A stretch of 64,000 nucleotides of DNA from an uncultured Alphaproteobacteria bacterium. GTDB lineage: Bacteria > Pseudomonadota > Alphaproteobacteria > RF32 > CAG-239. The notes beneath the pieces were generated by a model. That model was not told the origin of the DNA, did no database searches, and was given only the letters and a program-made list of their open reading frames with translations. This document shows, piece after piece, positions 52,086-62,218 of this stretch. The position numbers and the translations under genes are program-made. Each line of letters opens with the position of its first letter. The first letter of the stretch is position 1. Location of the stretch: positions 22,909-86,908 of the forward strand of contig CALXWH010000003.1 in NCBI GenBank assembly GCA_944392315.1. Reading direction: 5' to 3'.

Positions 52086-52179
52086 CGTAAAAAACTCCTT
52101 TTTTGCATATACCTAAGTGTACCCGAAAATTGAGAGTCTGTCAATCGGGTTATTTATTCAGTTTTTAGGCGCTGGCTTT

Positions 52180-52890
52180 TTATATTTCCAGATATTTCAA
52201 AACATCATCCGGACTATTAACCGGTACAACTTCCGTATTTTCCATACCGCGCAGAGCTTCTGCCAATGCATAGTCATTACCCCCCTTTTCCGTGCGGTCT
52301 CCTAAGAAAATTATTTTATAATTTGGGTGCATCTCTCTTACTTTATGCGCGATTTGCTCTTTGCTGCAGCCTTTGGTCACAATATCTATGGATATCTTGC
52401 CGCCGACGCTCGCTTCATATTCCGGAAAATTCTCATTCACATCTTGGACAATGGTTTCACGTTCGTGATGTACATTATCCCATTCATTATATTTGGCGCG
52501 CTCCGAAAATGGACAATTTCTTCCTAACACGCTGAAATTCAGCATTCCGGGGCGCAACTCCATGTAATTTCCAAAAAGTTGTCCTTCGTATTCCGTATTG
52601 CGACGATAACGCTCCAACGTTTGCAATAACTCTTTCTTTAATTTAATTTCGTGACGATAAATTTCTTTGCCTTTTTGATGAAATACATTGCCCATGGAGC
52701 TATAAATGCCGCTAAATGACAGCATCGCTTCGGATGGAATCTGTTCACATACTTTTTCATAGTTTGAACCTGCAGCTAAATAAGCTAAATGAGATTTTAA
52801 CCAAGGGATAAATCTGCGACTGAAATCAGGCGTCATCTGTTGGCGGGCCGGCGTTATCGTTCCATCCATATCAAATATATATATTTTCAT
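52180..52890 (-). CDS. HAD-IIB eukaryote-type phosphomannomutase
   Basis: FDMDGTITPARQ, ELRPGMLNFSVLGR, GGKISIDI, GDRTEKGGNDY. Confidence 0.85.
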   Translation of the reverse strand: MKIYIFDMDGTITPARQQMTPDFSRRFIPWLKSHLAYLAAGSNYEKVCEQIPSEAMLSFSGIYSSMGNVFHQKGKEIYRHEIKLKKELLQTLERYRRNTEYEGQLFGNYMELRPGMLNFSVLGRNCPFSERAKYNEWDNVHHERETIVQDVNENFPEYEASVGGKISIDIVTKGCSKEQIAHKVREMHPNYKIIFLGDRTEKGGNDYALAEALRGMENTEVVPVNSPDDVLKYLEI

Positions 52891-52969
52891 AGCGTCTCCT
52901 TTCTTATAAGTGCGCCTGCAGAGACCAACTTACGGAAATATTCCTTATTTTATTTCCTTTTCATCTCAA

Positions 52970-53284
52970 CTATTTGTCTGCGACGCATTTATAATAAGCT
53001 TTGGAGGGTACAAAAAGTCTGCACGTAAAAATATCATTATCTATTTCTTCCGCATGCGTCTTTTCCTTGTGCGCTCGGCATAGTTCATCTGCTTTGGCCT
53101 TTACTTCTTCTTTATCATAAAATAAAGGATTGTAACAGATGGCCGGACGACCGGGTTTTGAACTGCCGACATATACATATTCTGTTCCGGGCTCTCGTCT
53201 TCGGTCCTCAAAAGGGGCAAATTGCGAGCACGCACTCAGCAGGCAAAACACAGATAGTAACAATGATAATTTTAGTGTGGACAA
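52970..53284 (-). CDS. Small Cys-containing lipoprotein
   Basis: Lipobox LSAC, four further Cys. Confidence 0.7.
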   Translation of the reverse strand: MSTLKLSLLLSVFCLLSACSQFAPFEDRRREPGTEYVYVGSSKPGRPAICYNPLFYDKEEVKAKADELCRAHKEKTHAEEIDNDIFTCRLFVPSKAYYKCVADK

Positions 53285-53342
53285 TTTGTAAAACTCCCGT
53301 TAAATTGTGTATGTTAGTCATTATATATAAAGATGAATTAAA

Positions 53343-53954
53343 ATGCAAAGCGAAAATGTATATATTGGGGATGATAAATTTGAACGCTTCCTCGCTCATT
53401 ATAATTGTCCGACACCTGTTGATGTTGCGAAACTGAAATTTGCCGGTGCTATTTGCAGCCCTAACCCTAATTTGAGACCAACGGATGTTATTGCTTCTTT
53501 CTTTCCGGATAATGCTCAACCACGTTTGACGACGAAGGCTGAAGCCGAATTGTTCTTTAAGTTTTTTATGGGATTGTGGGATCAGATGTTTGTTGAAATT
53601 AAAACCAATTCTTTGGAATTGCCCGAATTTCACGGTGATATTCATGATACACAAAGTCTTATTGAATTATGCTATAATCGGGCGGATCAAATTGAATGCG
53701 GTTTTGTGGAAGGTTTTTGGGGCGGTTGCGAAACGCTTAATATCCCTAATTTTGCGGCAGAGTTAATCTCTTCTCTTTCTGATATGGCCGGTGTTTATGC
53801 CATGCTCGCTAAAAAACTTTCTCAATCTGAAAATCCCGATGATATTTATCCGGTTATTCTTAATACCGATAAAATGGTGCTCAAAACCTTGCATTTCCTT
53901 ATTGAACATTTGGTCTTGCCACATATTGAGAAACTACAAAGAAGTGTTAACTAA
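53343..53954 (+). CDS. Hypothetical protein, UPF0149/YecA-like
   Basis: GAICSP...P, GFVEGF pattern. Confidence 0.5.
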   Translation: MQSENVYIGDDKFERFLAHYNCPTPVDVAKLKFAGAICSPNPNLRPTDVIASFFPDNAQPRLTTKAEAELFFKFFMGLWDQMFVEIKTNSLELPEFHGDIHDTQSLIELCYNRADQIECGFVEGFWGGCETLNIPNFAAELISSLSDMAGVYAMLAKKLSQSENPDDIYPVILNTDKMVLKTLHFLIEHLVLPHIEKLQRSVN

Positions 53955-53980
53955 TCTGCCTTTTTACAGGAGTTTTTACT

Positions 53981-54511
53981 ATGGAATTATATGAAGGACT
54001 TTTAACCAGACGCTCCATCAGAAAATATGATCCAGAAAAAAAATTATCTGATGAGCAAATTATTGAACTTTTGCGGGCGGCGAGCTATGCCCCTTCCGCG
54101 CACAACAAGCAGCCTTGGCATTTTTTGGTGCTCAAAGATGCTGAAACCTTGCGCACACTTAGAACCGTTCAACCGTGGACTTCTTTTGCTAAAGATGCCG
54201 CTTGCGTTGTTATTGTTTGTGCTGATGAATTGGAAACTTTCCACCGTGAAAAAGAAGGTTGGAACTATGCGCAAATTGATGGTTCGTTGGCGGCAGAAAA
54301 TCTTTTGCTTGCTTGCCATGCCAAAGGGCTTGGTGCTTGTTTCTGCGGTGCGGCTCCGATGCCAATGGTCGTTGACAACCTGCGCAAAAAATTTAATATG
54401 CCCGAAACTATACTCCCTATTGCTATTATTACAATCGGGTATCCACTGGAAACACCTAAGCAACCTGAAGATAGGTTTAATCCTGAGAAAGTACATTGGG
54501 AAACTTTTTAA
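53981..54511 (+). CDS. Nitroreductase family protein
   Basis: RRSIRKY, APSAHNKQPWHF, ENLLLACHAKGLG, IGYP. Confidence 0.92.
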   Translation: MELYEGLLTRRSIRKYDPEKKLSDEQIIELLRAASYAPSAHNKQPWHFLVLKDAETLRTLRTVQPWTSFAKDAACVVIVCADELETFHREKEGWNYAQIDGSLAAENLLLACHAKGLGACFCGAAPMPMVVDNLRKKFNMPETILPIAIITIGYPLETPKQPEDRFNPEKVHWETF

Positions 54512-54576
54512 TCATTTTTTTCAACAAAATAGCCTCGCAGAATATTCTGTGAGGCTTTGTTTTTCTCTGTTACAGT

Positions 54577-55326
54577 TTACATGGCTGCATAGCGTTCAAA
54601 ATAGGCTTTCACCTCTTCGCGATTGCCTCGTTCCAACAGTTCATCTTCTACTTCAAGTCCTTTGGTTGAGTCTTGAATGTAATCCATGATTGCTTTGTGG
54701 TTACCGCTCTTGATTAACAAACGCTGCGCTTCTGGGCACAATGCCTTGTACTTAAAAATATATCCTCTGACGCATTGCTCACACTTGTCTATTAAACTAT
54801 CTTTACCGTAACCGATGTTCAGATAGCTCATCAACTCCTTTTCGCCAAACGGGGAAAGAGGATTTGAGGCCAAATAGTTTTCAACATCTTCAAGATAGGC
54901 CAATGTATGCCTATCTTGACTTTTCGCAAGACTTTGTTGGAGCAAGTAGACTTCGGCTTGCGGAGAAAATTTCTTTTGCACCCTTAAAGCGCTCAGACCT
55001 TTATTGATTATTTCTTTTTCAAGTTCTAGGCACCAATGCCCATTTTCTAACATCTGTTCACAAATCACATCGTTTGAACCGGCGTGTTTATAAATATACA
55101 ACTGCACTTCATGGCTTAACGGATAACTTTCCCCAAAAACTTCCAACATCTTGGTAATTTCTGTTTTATTACCTCTCTTGACAATTGCCATTTGTTCTTC
55201 ATCGGTCAGAACTTCTTCTGTGCGATGCTGTGCAATTTTTGCCATGATTTCACGATGTTTTCGTCTTTCTTCCTCTGCAGCTTCACGCATACGGCTGATT
55301 TCTGCAACACTGATTTTTTCTTCCAT
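54577..55326 (-). CDS. Hypothetical helical-repeat protein (solo gene)
   Basis: Repeated L(S/C)xxxQxxL..GN units; own TTGACA promoter and terminator 54527-54560. Confidence 0.65.
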   Translation of the reverse strand: MEEKISVAEISRMREAAEEERRKHREIMAKIAQHRTEEVLTDEEQMAIVKRGNKTEITKMLEVFGESYPLSHEVQLYIYKHAGSNDVICEQMLENGHWCLELEKEIINKGLSALRVQKKFSPQAEVYLLQQSLAKSQDRHTLAYLEDVENYLASNPLSPFGEKELMSYLNIGYGKDSLIDKCEQCVRGYIFKYKALCPEAQRLLIKSGNHKAIMDYIQDSTKGLEVEDELLERGNREEVKAYFERYAAM

Positions 55327-55419
55327 AATTTTACAATTTAATTGGTTTGACATATCTATACTTTATCACGATTTGATGTATTCCTGTTTCGGCTTCTTGT
55401 CAATCTATTTTCTTGTTAC

Positions 55420-55449
55420 AAAAAAGGGAGCTCATCGGCTCCCCTTTTC
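55420..55449 (-). terminator. Terminator
   Basis: AAAAAAGGGAGC...GCTCCCCTTTTT. Confidence 0.7.
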
Positions 55450-58400
55450 TATTTATAGACATCGTAGAGTTTCTTTAAGACTTCCGGAACATCTACTTTT
55501 AATTCCGCCAATATGTACGCGGCTGTATCTAAGTTCAACCTTGCAATTGACTTAATGCTGTATTTGTCTTGATTTTCTACCCACCGCGGATTGTTATAAT
55601 CTACCCAATAACGTTCCCGATACGATGGAATGGTGTGTACACTCGGCTTTTGAATATAGAGTTTTCCGTTTGGTGCCAGATAAGCAAATTTTGCTAAATT
55701 GCCTTCTTTATCATACGATTTTACCGAAATTTCGCCATTGTTATAGAACATTATTTCCGTCTTTGTTTTGCCGTTACCATAATATTCCATAACCGCATTG
55801 CCTTTGCTGTCTGACTTAAATTCTGATGTTACACCGCCTTTTTTGCCATATACTTTCAGGCTGTCTTTTAACAGTTCGGCACTATTCTTAGCTAAATTCT
55901 GCGGCATATCGGCTTTGTTGAGTTTTAATGACTTGACTTTGCCTGTGTCATCATATTCTTTTTCAACAGAGGCTATGCCTTGTTGCTCGGTTTCTTTAAC
56001 TAACTTGCCCTTCTTGTTATATTCTTTGGTGATAAATACAAGTGGTGTTGTTTGTTCGCTTTCTGATTTTACGGTGCCATCCGGATAATATGTCTTATCT
56101 GCGAACAGTAATGTTTCCGGTTTGCGTTGTATCTCATAACGCGATTTACCGTTATCAAAGTAGTCTTCTCTTGATACAAACGCCATGACGGCATTATCCG
56201 TATAATCTTTATGCGTTTTACGGCGTATTTCTCCTGAACCATAGTATTTTTCAATCAAAATTCCGTCTTTTTCATACTTTGTATCCGTGATTAAGAGACC
56301 AGTTTTTGAGTATTCTTTCACCTCTTCCGTGCGGCCGTCTTTGGTCTTTATCGTTTTACGCAGATTTCCGTTCGGATAATAAAACTTTTGGATTTCAGGT
56401 TCAGATGTTGTTGCTTTTTCTGCTGCCTGCGTCATATGTTCTTTTGACACAACATCGGTTAAATCCTCTATATCCGGTTTGGAAACAGGGCCGATATTTT
56501 TAGCGGCCAATTCTGCCTCTTTCTTTTCTTCGGCGGTCGGGATAATAGCATTTTTAACCTTTATGTCTTCAAACGATATCGGCTCCAAATCTTCTACCAT
56601 TGGGGCAGCTTCGGCAGGAAGAACCGGAGAAACTTCCGCTTCTTTTTCACTATGCTCTATGGCCGGTTCTGTTGTTTCTTTATTTTGACTTACTGCTTTT
56701 TCCGCTACAGCCTTATTGATATTTTCATCCTTATTTACCGTTATCGCTTTTTCTATAACCGGTGTCGGAACAATTATCGGTAAAGCACTTGCCACCGGCT
56801 TATCGGCACTGATTGTCAGCTTACTTTCTTCTTTTGGCTCCAGTGTTGCTTTGACTTCCGGTGTAACTACCTTTTCGCTCGGTTGCTCTGCAATCTGCGC
56901 AGGTTCTTGCTTGATTTCCGTTGGTTGATTTTCAACCTTATCTACCACTACAGCCTTATCAGCCATCTCCGTTGCAACCGGTGCTTTAGTAGCCGTTTGT
57001 TGCGGAGTAGATATCTCTTTTTGCGGTTGAGCTATTTGTGTGGTTGCTTCTTGCTTAATCTTTGGCTCTGCTGTCTTTGAAGCGCTCTCTATTGCAGGCT
57101 CTGACGGCACCTTTGGTTCTGTTACTGGGGTTGTGGTTGGCGTATCCGCGTTTTCATATCCGCAAATATGGCCGCCTTTTATCAACTGATTATTTTTATA
57201 TACCAGATATTCTCCCAATGCCAGGTTATATTCTATATAATTGAAAGGATTGCCGGCATTTACCTCTCTGATGTAATCCATCTTATCATCATAGAATCGG
57301 ATAAAGATATCCTTATTCTTGCTCGGCTCGGCAATGAACGCATCTGTTTTTTCGTTATCGTTATAATTTGCACTAAACGCTAACTTTCCGTTTTGAGTAT
57401 AGCGCACGTATACTGATTTTGGAGAATCTTCTGCAATTGTCATCATCTCCTTTACTGCACCGTTTGGATGATAACTTCTGGCGCTTTCTGACTGTTTATC
57501 CTGATTATATGGAACTTCCGCCAATAATTCCCCTTTTTCATCAAACTTTTGCGCTATGCCTTGTTTTTGCTTTTGATAATACGGAATACTATAGATGCGG
57601 TTGCCTTTTTCATCATATACCGTTTCTACCGCATATTCGCCGCGATTATACCCTGTCGGGAACACTGCTCTTAATCTGTTTAAGCGGTCATAGCAGGCGT
57701 AATTGCTGTTCTCCGGCTTAAAAGATGTGAACTCTATGCAATCTCTCGGAATATCAAATTGAAAAGCCTTCTTTATCGTGTTTACATTGGCGTCTACTTC
57801 TAATTGCAGCTCGCTTTGTTTATTGGCAAAATCCAAACAGCCTTTATCCGGTTGTTTTAGCTCGGCTAATTTAGACGGATTGATTATTCTGGGTTTTACT
57901 TCAGGTTCGGCTCCGTCTATTTTGCCCGCCGTAAACTTTATTTCTCTTCCTTGCGGTCCATAAATTTTCGCAACGCCATCTTTTAGGCCATTTTTATATG
58001 GAAATTCCGCCGCAACGCCGCCGGTCGGAAAATAACAGGTTAATTTTCCCGATACTTTACCGTTATTATATCTTTTTCTGAAAGCTACTTGTTTGGTCGG
58101 GAAATAGCCATTGGCCATACCATCTTTTACACCTTGTTTATAATTGATTTCCGCCGTTAAATTGCCGGCTGCATCAAACTTTTGCTCAACGCCATTTTTT
58201 AGTCCGCCGACATAAGGCGTGATTTTTCGTATCATACCCGTTTCATCATAACTGATTTTGGAGGTTGTATTACCTTTGCTATCGGCTATTTCATATACGA
58301 AATTTTCCCGATAAGGTAATCCGCATTTGTTATAAGAAATGTCTCCCTCGTCTTCATATAACTCCACCAATTCTTCCAGACTTAGTTTAACGACTTTGTC

Positions 58401-59159
58401 TTTGCAATTTTCTGCGTTTAAATCCGGCGCAAAATTCAAAATATTAACATTCTCAACTTCTTTGATACTACGCCCCTGGCGGTTGAAGAAAATATTTTTG
58501 CCTTCTCTCCCAACGGCAAAAGACGCGGCAATGCGTCCATCCGGATAATAGGTGATGATATTGCCTTGACGAATCGTCTGCTGGTTTTCGGGTTTATCCT
58601 TATCTGCGGCTTTCGGCAAAACCCAAGGTATTTCTTGGCGCAGAACGCCATTGTTATCGTATCTCTTTTCTGTGCCGATTTTATTGTTTTCATTAAGATA
58701 GGTTGCTTGGGCTGCCAGTTTTCCATTGGTATAATAGTCTTCCGCATAAAAACCTTTTCCGTCTTCCAAAGCGGTGATTTGACGCGATATCTGCCCATTT
58801 GGATGATAGTAGTTCAGAACTTTTTTGACAATCTCTCCGTCTCGGATGGTCTTTTCGGCAATCACCTTACCATCTGGCGAAATAAGCTTTTCTATATGTC
58901 CGTCTTCGGTTTCTTCTTTGATAATTTTAGGCTTGTTATTGTCTTCTGGCTCTTCTTGTTTGTTTTGGGGCTTTTGAGACAATGATGCACTTAAATCCTT
59001 TTGTGCTTGTTTTTCTTCTGCTTTGGCTTCTGCCTTTTCTTCATCTAATGTATAAACTCCGACTGATGATGAATCTGTCTGCATATTGGTTGAGTTTGCG
59101 CAGACCAACGCCGGTAATGAAACTGTGAGCAATAAAGCGATACTAAGTGATTTTTTCAT
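55449..59159 (-). CDS. Large exported MORN-variant repeat protein with central P/E/A/T-rich linker
   Basis: Signal peptide; many YYxNGxL/YxxGxKxG repeats in two blocks. Confidence 0.8.
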   Translation of the reverse strand: MKKSLSIALLLTVSLPALVCANSTNMQTDSSSVGVYTLDEEKAEAKAEEKQAQKDLSASLSQKPQNKQEEPEDNNKPKIIKEETEDGHIEKLISPDGKVIAEKTIRDGEIVKKVLNYYHPNGQISRQITALEDGKGFYAEDYYTNGKLAAQATYLNENNKIGTEKRYDNNGVLRQEIPWVLPKAADKDKPENQQTIRQGNIITYYPDGRIAASFAVGREGKNIFFNRQGRSIKEVENVNILNFAPDLNAENCKDKVVKLSLEELVELYEDEGDISYNKCGLPYRENFVYEIADSKGNTTSKISYDETGMIRKITPYVGGLKNGVEQKFDAAGNLTAEINYKQGVKDGMANGYFPTKQVAFRKRYNNGKVSGKLTCYFPTGGVAAEFPYKNGLKDGVAKIYGPQGREIKFTAGKIDGAEPEVKPRIINPSKLAELKQPDKGCLDFANKQSELQLEVDANVNTIKKAFQFDIPRDCIEFTSFKPENSNYACYDRLNRLRAVFPTGYNRGEYAVETVYDEKGNRIYSIPYYQKQKQGIAQKFDEKGELLAEVPYNQDKQSESARSYHPNGAVKEMMTIAEDSPKSVYVRYTQNGKLAFSANYNDNEKTDAFIAEPSKNKDIFIRFYDDKMDYIREVNAGNPFNYIEYNLALGEYLVYKNNQLIKGGHICGYENADTPTTTPVTEPKVPSEPAIESASKTAEPKIKQEATTQIAQPQKEISTPQQTATKAPVATEMADKAVVVDKVENQPTEIKQEPAQIAEQPSEKVVTPEVKATLEPKEESKLTISADKPVASALPIIVPTPVIEKAITVNKDENINKAVAEKAVSQNKETTEPAIEHSEKEAEVSPVLPAEAAPMVEDLEPISFEDIKVKNAIIPTAEEKKEAELAAKNIGPVSKPDIEDLTDVVSKEHMTQAAEKATTSEPEIQKFYYPNGNLRKTIKTKDGRTEEVKEYSKTGLLITDTKYEKDGILIEKYYGSGEIRRKTHKDYTDNAVMAFVSREDYFDNGKSRYEIQRKPETLLFADKTYYPDGTVKSESEQTTPLVFITKEYNKKGKLVKETEQQGIASVEKEYDDTGKVKSLKLNKADMPQNLAKNSAELLKDSLKVYGKKGGVTSEFKSDSKGNAVMEYYGNGKTKTEIMFYNNGEISVKSYDKEGNLAKFAYLAPNGKLYIQKPSVHTIPSYRERYWVDYNNPRWVENQDKYSIKSIARLNLDTAAYILAELKVDVPEVLKKLYDVYK

Positions 59160-59287
59160 AACAGCACCATAATTCCTAAAATTCAAAAATAAAGTTCTCC
59201 GTTGTTGATTTAAACATATCTCTCTTATTTTTTAAAGCATAAATTCGCATTTACACAGCTTGTTTTTGCTTGCTTAGTTTCTTGATA

Positions 59288-60532
59288 TTATAAGGCTTTT
59301 ACTTTTTCTAACATAAGTTTTGTTTTTTGATTTTGAAAGTCTTGCGGCGTTATTTTTTGGGTTTTAAGTTGGTTTAAGAGCTGATGAAACTCAGGAATCT
59401 CATTTAAGTGTATTTGTGAGGCTTTTTCATATAGCTCTCGTAACGCCTTCTCTATTTCTCTAAAATTTTGCTCATCGGTTTTAGGAATTTCATAATCTCG
59501 CCCGTGTATATCCGCAGACATGACCGCGATAAAACGCTCCAAATATATCTTTTGCGGAAAATTGTGCAAACAAATGGCTATCTGCATCAGCTGCTTTTTG
59601 ACTTTTGATAACGGATTGTGCGATACCATATGATTTAGAGCACAAAATCTGGCAAACTTTGTATAAGCCGCGGGAAAATGCAGCCTTTTGGATATATCGG
59701 CGATGATTTTATCTCCCAATACATCGTGCCCTTTGTGCGAAGGCCATCTTTGCGGATTTGTCGCGCCTTTGCCGACATCATGCAGTAATGTCCCAAAATT
59801 TACAAACGCATCATCTGAGGCAATTGCTTGGAGCGCCAGCAATGTATGTTGTCCGCTATTACCTTCAGGGTGATAATCCAATCTTTCCGGAACGCTCCAG
59901 AGTTTGTCTACTTCAGGCAATATTTCTTGTAATGCGCCACATTCTCTGGCTGTTAAGATGAATTTGTCAAAATGCTTACAATGCAAAGCCTTTTCTATTT
60001 CACACCAGATGCGTTGCGGGCTCAAATTTTTTAACTCGCCGTTTTGCACCATCCGGCGGCATAATTCCATGGTTTCCAAAGCCACCGCAAAATTTAACTG
60101 CGCGGCAAAACGACACATCCGTAAAACTCGTAGCGGATCTTCACAAAAATGGTCGGAAATGTGTCGTAAAATATGATTTTTGATATCCTCTAACCCGTTA
60201 TGATAATCTATGATTTGATTTGTTTCTTCATCAAAGTAAAGGGCATTACAGGTAAAATCGCGCCGTAGAGAATCTTCCTCTAACGTGATATCCGGCGTAA
60301 ACTCAAACTTAAAATCTTGATGTCTTTTGCCTGTTTTTATTTCTTTTCTCGCTAATGCATATTCTTCACCGGTTTTTGGGTGCAAAAAAACAGGAAAGCT
60401 TTTGCCCACTTTCTTAAAGCCTAAAGATATCATTTCTTCTTCAGTTCCGCCTAAAACAACGTAATCTTTATCTTGACTTGGTCTTTGCAATATCTTGTCT
60501 CTGACGGCACCGCCAACCTGATAAAAACGCAT
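59288..60532 (-). CDS. cca: Multifunctional CCA-adding enzyme with HD domain
   Basis: VGGAVRD, DKD, EYALAR, RRDFTCNA, EDPLRVLR, HPE...LLHDVGKG. Confidence 0.92.
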   Translation of the reverse strand: MRFYQVGGAVRDKILQRPSQDKDYVVLGGTEEEMISLGFKKVGKSFPVFLHPKTGEEYALARKEIKTGKRHQDFKFEFTPDITLEEDSLRRDFTCNALYFDEETNQIIDYHNGLEDIKNHILRHISDHFCEDPLRVLRMCRFAAQLNFAVALETMELCRRMVQNGELKNLSPQRIWCEIEKALHCKHFDKFILTARECGALQEILPEVDKLWSVPERLDYHPEGNSGQHTLLALQAIASDDAFVNFGTLLHDVGKGATNPQRWPSHKGHDVLGDKIIADISKRLHFPAAYTKFARFCALNHMVSHNPLSKVKKQLMQIAICLHNFPQKIYLERFIAVMSADIHGRDYEIPKTDEQNFREIEKALRELYEKASQIHLNEIPEFHQLLNQLKTQKITPQDFQNQKTKLMLEKVKAL

Positions 60533-60679
60533 TTTGCTCCCTTTCTTGTTGGTTTAATGTAATAAAATAATCTCTATTTTGCAAGGTGTTTATCGGGAGC
60601 TTAAAAAAAATATCAAAAATTAAAAATAATTGTTGCAAAAAAAAATCTTTTGGTTATAGTCATGAAAGATTTTGGTTAT

Positions 60680-60756
60680 GGATGCGTAGCTCAGTTGGCT
60701 AGAGCAACTGACTCTTAATCAGTGGGTCCAGGGTTCGAATCCCTGCGCGTCTACCA
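60680..60756 (+). tRNA. trnK: tRNA-Lys(CTT)
   Basis: Cloverleaf: GGATGCG/CGCGTCT acceptor, ACTGA-CTCTTAA-TCAGT anticodon arm, GGTTCGAATCC, encoded CCA. Confidence 0.95.
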
Positions 60757-60760
60757 CTTT

Positions 60761-60790
60761 GAAAGCCGTCTCATATGAGACGGCTTTTTA
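60761..60790 (+). terminator. tRNA terminator
   Basis: AAAGCCGTCTCA-TA-TGAGACGGCTTTTT. Confidence 0.85.
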
Positions 60791-60833
60791 TTATAGCTTT
60801 ATTGTGCTTTATACGCCCGCCCACTAATATAAG

Positions 60834-60927
60834 AAAATATCCTCGGATCCTATTAGCCGCATCCAAGCGTGCCAATAGATACTGACTGGGCGATTTCGAT
60901 TTCATTCCCAGTAGCCGAGGACACTTT
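60834..60927 (-). ncRNA. Candidate small RNA, three-way junction
   Basis: 13-bp closing stem plus two inner hairpins, with G-U pairs on the minus strand only; TTGACG-17-TATATA promoter at 60958-60930. Confidence 0.55.
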
Positions 60928-61016
60928 TATATATAGAAATAATTCGCCTTCTCGTCAACTATTTAATTGCATTACCTATATGCTTTCTGTCAAATTGCAT
61001 TTTATTCTGGTTAGCA

Positions 61017-61721
61017 TTAAAAGGGAACATCATCATCTATATCGTGTTTCTTGTTTTGCTTTTGAGAGACTTTTTTCCATTCTTCATCATAATTGCCGAG
61101 ATCTTCGTTCAAACCTTCATTATCTGAGTATTCTATATCCGAATCTTGATACTCGTTAGGATATCCATTCTTTTCTCTCGTTAATTCCGTATTTTCTTTA
61201 TTTGTATGCGCCCTTATCCTTGTTAATAGGCCTTTTATCTTCCAATAGTACGATTTGAGTGTAATTATTATTTTTTTCTGCCAAGGTATACTTTCGTACA
61301 TCTTACTGATTATTTGCCCGTAAATATACTGTTGCAGCCTATCAAAAGGTAGATTGTCTTTTCCATATCGGCTAATAAAATATTTTGATATTTGACTGAC
61401 TTCATCATTGTTTACCAACGGCAGGCATCGTCTGATTTTTTCTTTCAACTGATGTTCGGCTAAATCTTCATCCGTAATTGATAATTCCTCTTCTTCATTG
61501 GCATAGACGACATCTTCCAATACGATATCATCTTCATATCTATCGGGTTCATAATCATCATACTCCAAATCTTCTTCCTCATATTTTTCCGGATCATCTA
61601 ATAATACCATTCTTTCATATTCGGAAGCGCTTTTTTCTGCCACCCTATCTTCTTCATCTAATAATGGATGTGTTTCTTTTTGATAAACTTCACTGATTTC
61701 TTCTTTGGAATATTTAGACAT
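61017..61721 (-). CDS. Acidic hypothetical protein with SSB-like C-terminal tail (DDDVPF)
   Basis: D/E-rich termini, no OB-fold motif, ends HDIDDDVPF. Confidence 0.7.
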   Translation of the reverse strand: MSKYSKEEISEVYQKETHPLLDEEDRVAEKSASEYERMVLLDDPEKYEEEDLEYDDYEPDRYEDDIVLEDVVYANEEEELSITDEDLAEHQLKEKIRRCLPLVNNDEVSQISKYFISRYGKDNLPFDRLQQYIYGQIISKMYESIPWQKKIIITLKSYYWKIKGLLTRIRAHTNKENTELTREKNGYPNEYQDSDIEYSDNEGLNEDLGNYDEEWKKVSQKQNKKHDIDDDVPF

Positions 61722-61736
61722 ACTGTTTCCCTAATT

Positions 61737-62213
61737 TTAATCTGATGCTGAGCATTTTCCTTGATTTATCATATATGTTGTCACGCTTTTATTGCCAATA
61801 TATAGAGTTCCCAGCAATCTGCCCCATACATCATAATGTGGAAGTATTTGACCTTTGAAATAAATTTCATTTTTATGTTTAGCCAGTAAATCCGATAATA
61901 TTTGTTTTGATTTTTTACCTATAGACACTACTTCTTCTGCTGTTATATTTTGTTGTTTTGCCTGTTGACGAGCCTTGGCCGTCCTTTTTATTTCATTGCA
62001 TTCGATATCCGTAAATCTGATTGTTTGTACCGTATCCAGATTACCTTGCCATTTTTCTAAAAACACAGTAACCGTATCTCCGTCTATCACTCTATAGTCA
62101 TAGACTTTCTGCATACGAGTATTATACAAAAAAACAGATGTAACACATAAGAACAAAATGCTCCATATAACTGCATCAGAATGTTTTGCCAGAAACTCTT
62201 TATATTTATTCAT
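61737..62213 (-). CDS. Thermonuclease (SNase-like), membrane-anchored
   Basis: TM helix, VIDGDTV, IRFTDIECNE, DVWGRLLG. Confidence 0.8.
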   Translation of the reverse strand: MNKYKEFLAKHSDAVIWSILFLCVTSVFLYNTRMQKVYDYRVIDGDTVTVFLEKWQGNLDTVQTIRFTDIECNEIKRTAKARQQAKQQNITAEEVVSIGKKSKQILSDLLAKHKNEIYFKGQILPHYDVWGRLLGTLYIGNKSVTTYMINQGKCSASD

Positions 62214-62218
62214 GTTTT

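Noticed and set aside
55449-59159. YwqK-type antitoxin / toxin-antitoxin locus
   Set aside because: The label would come only from MORN-variant repeats; the protein is exported, very large and has no toxin partner
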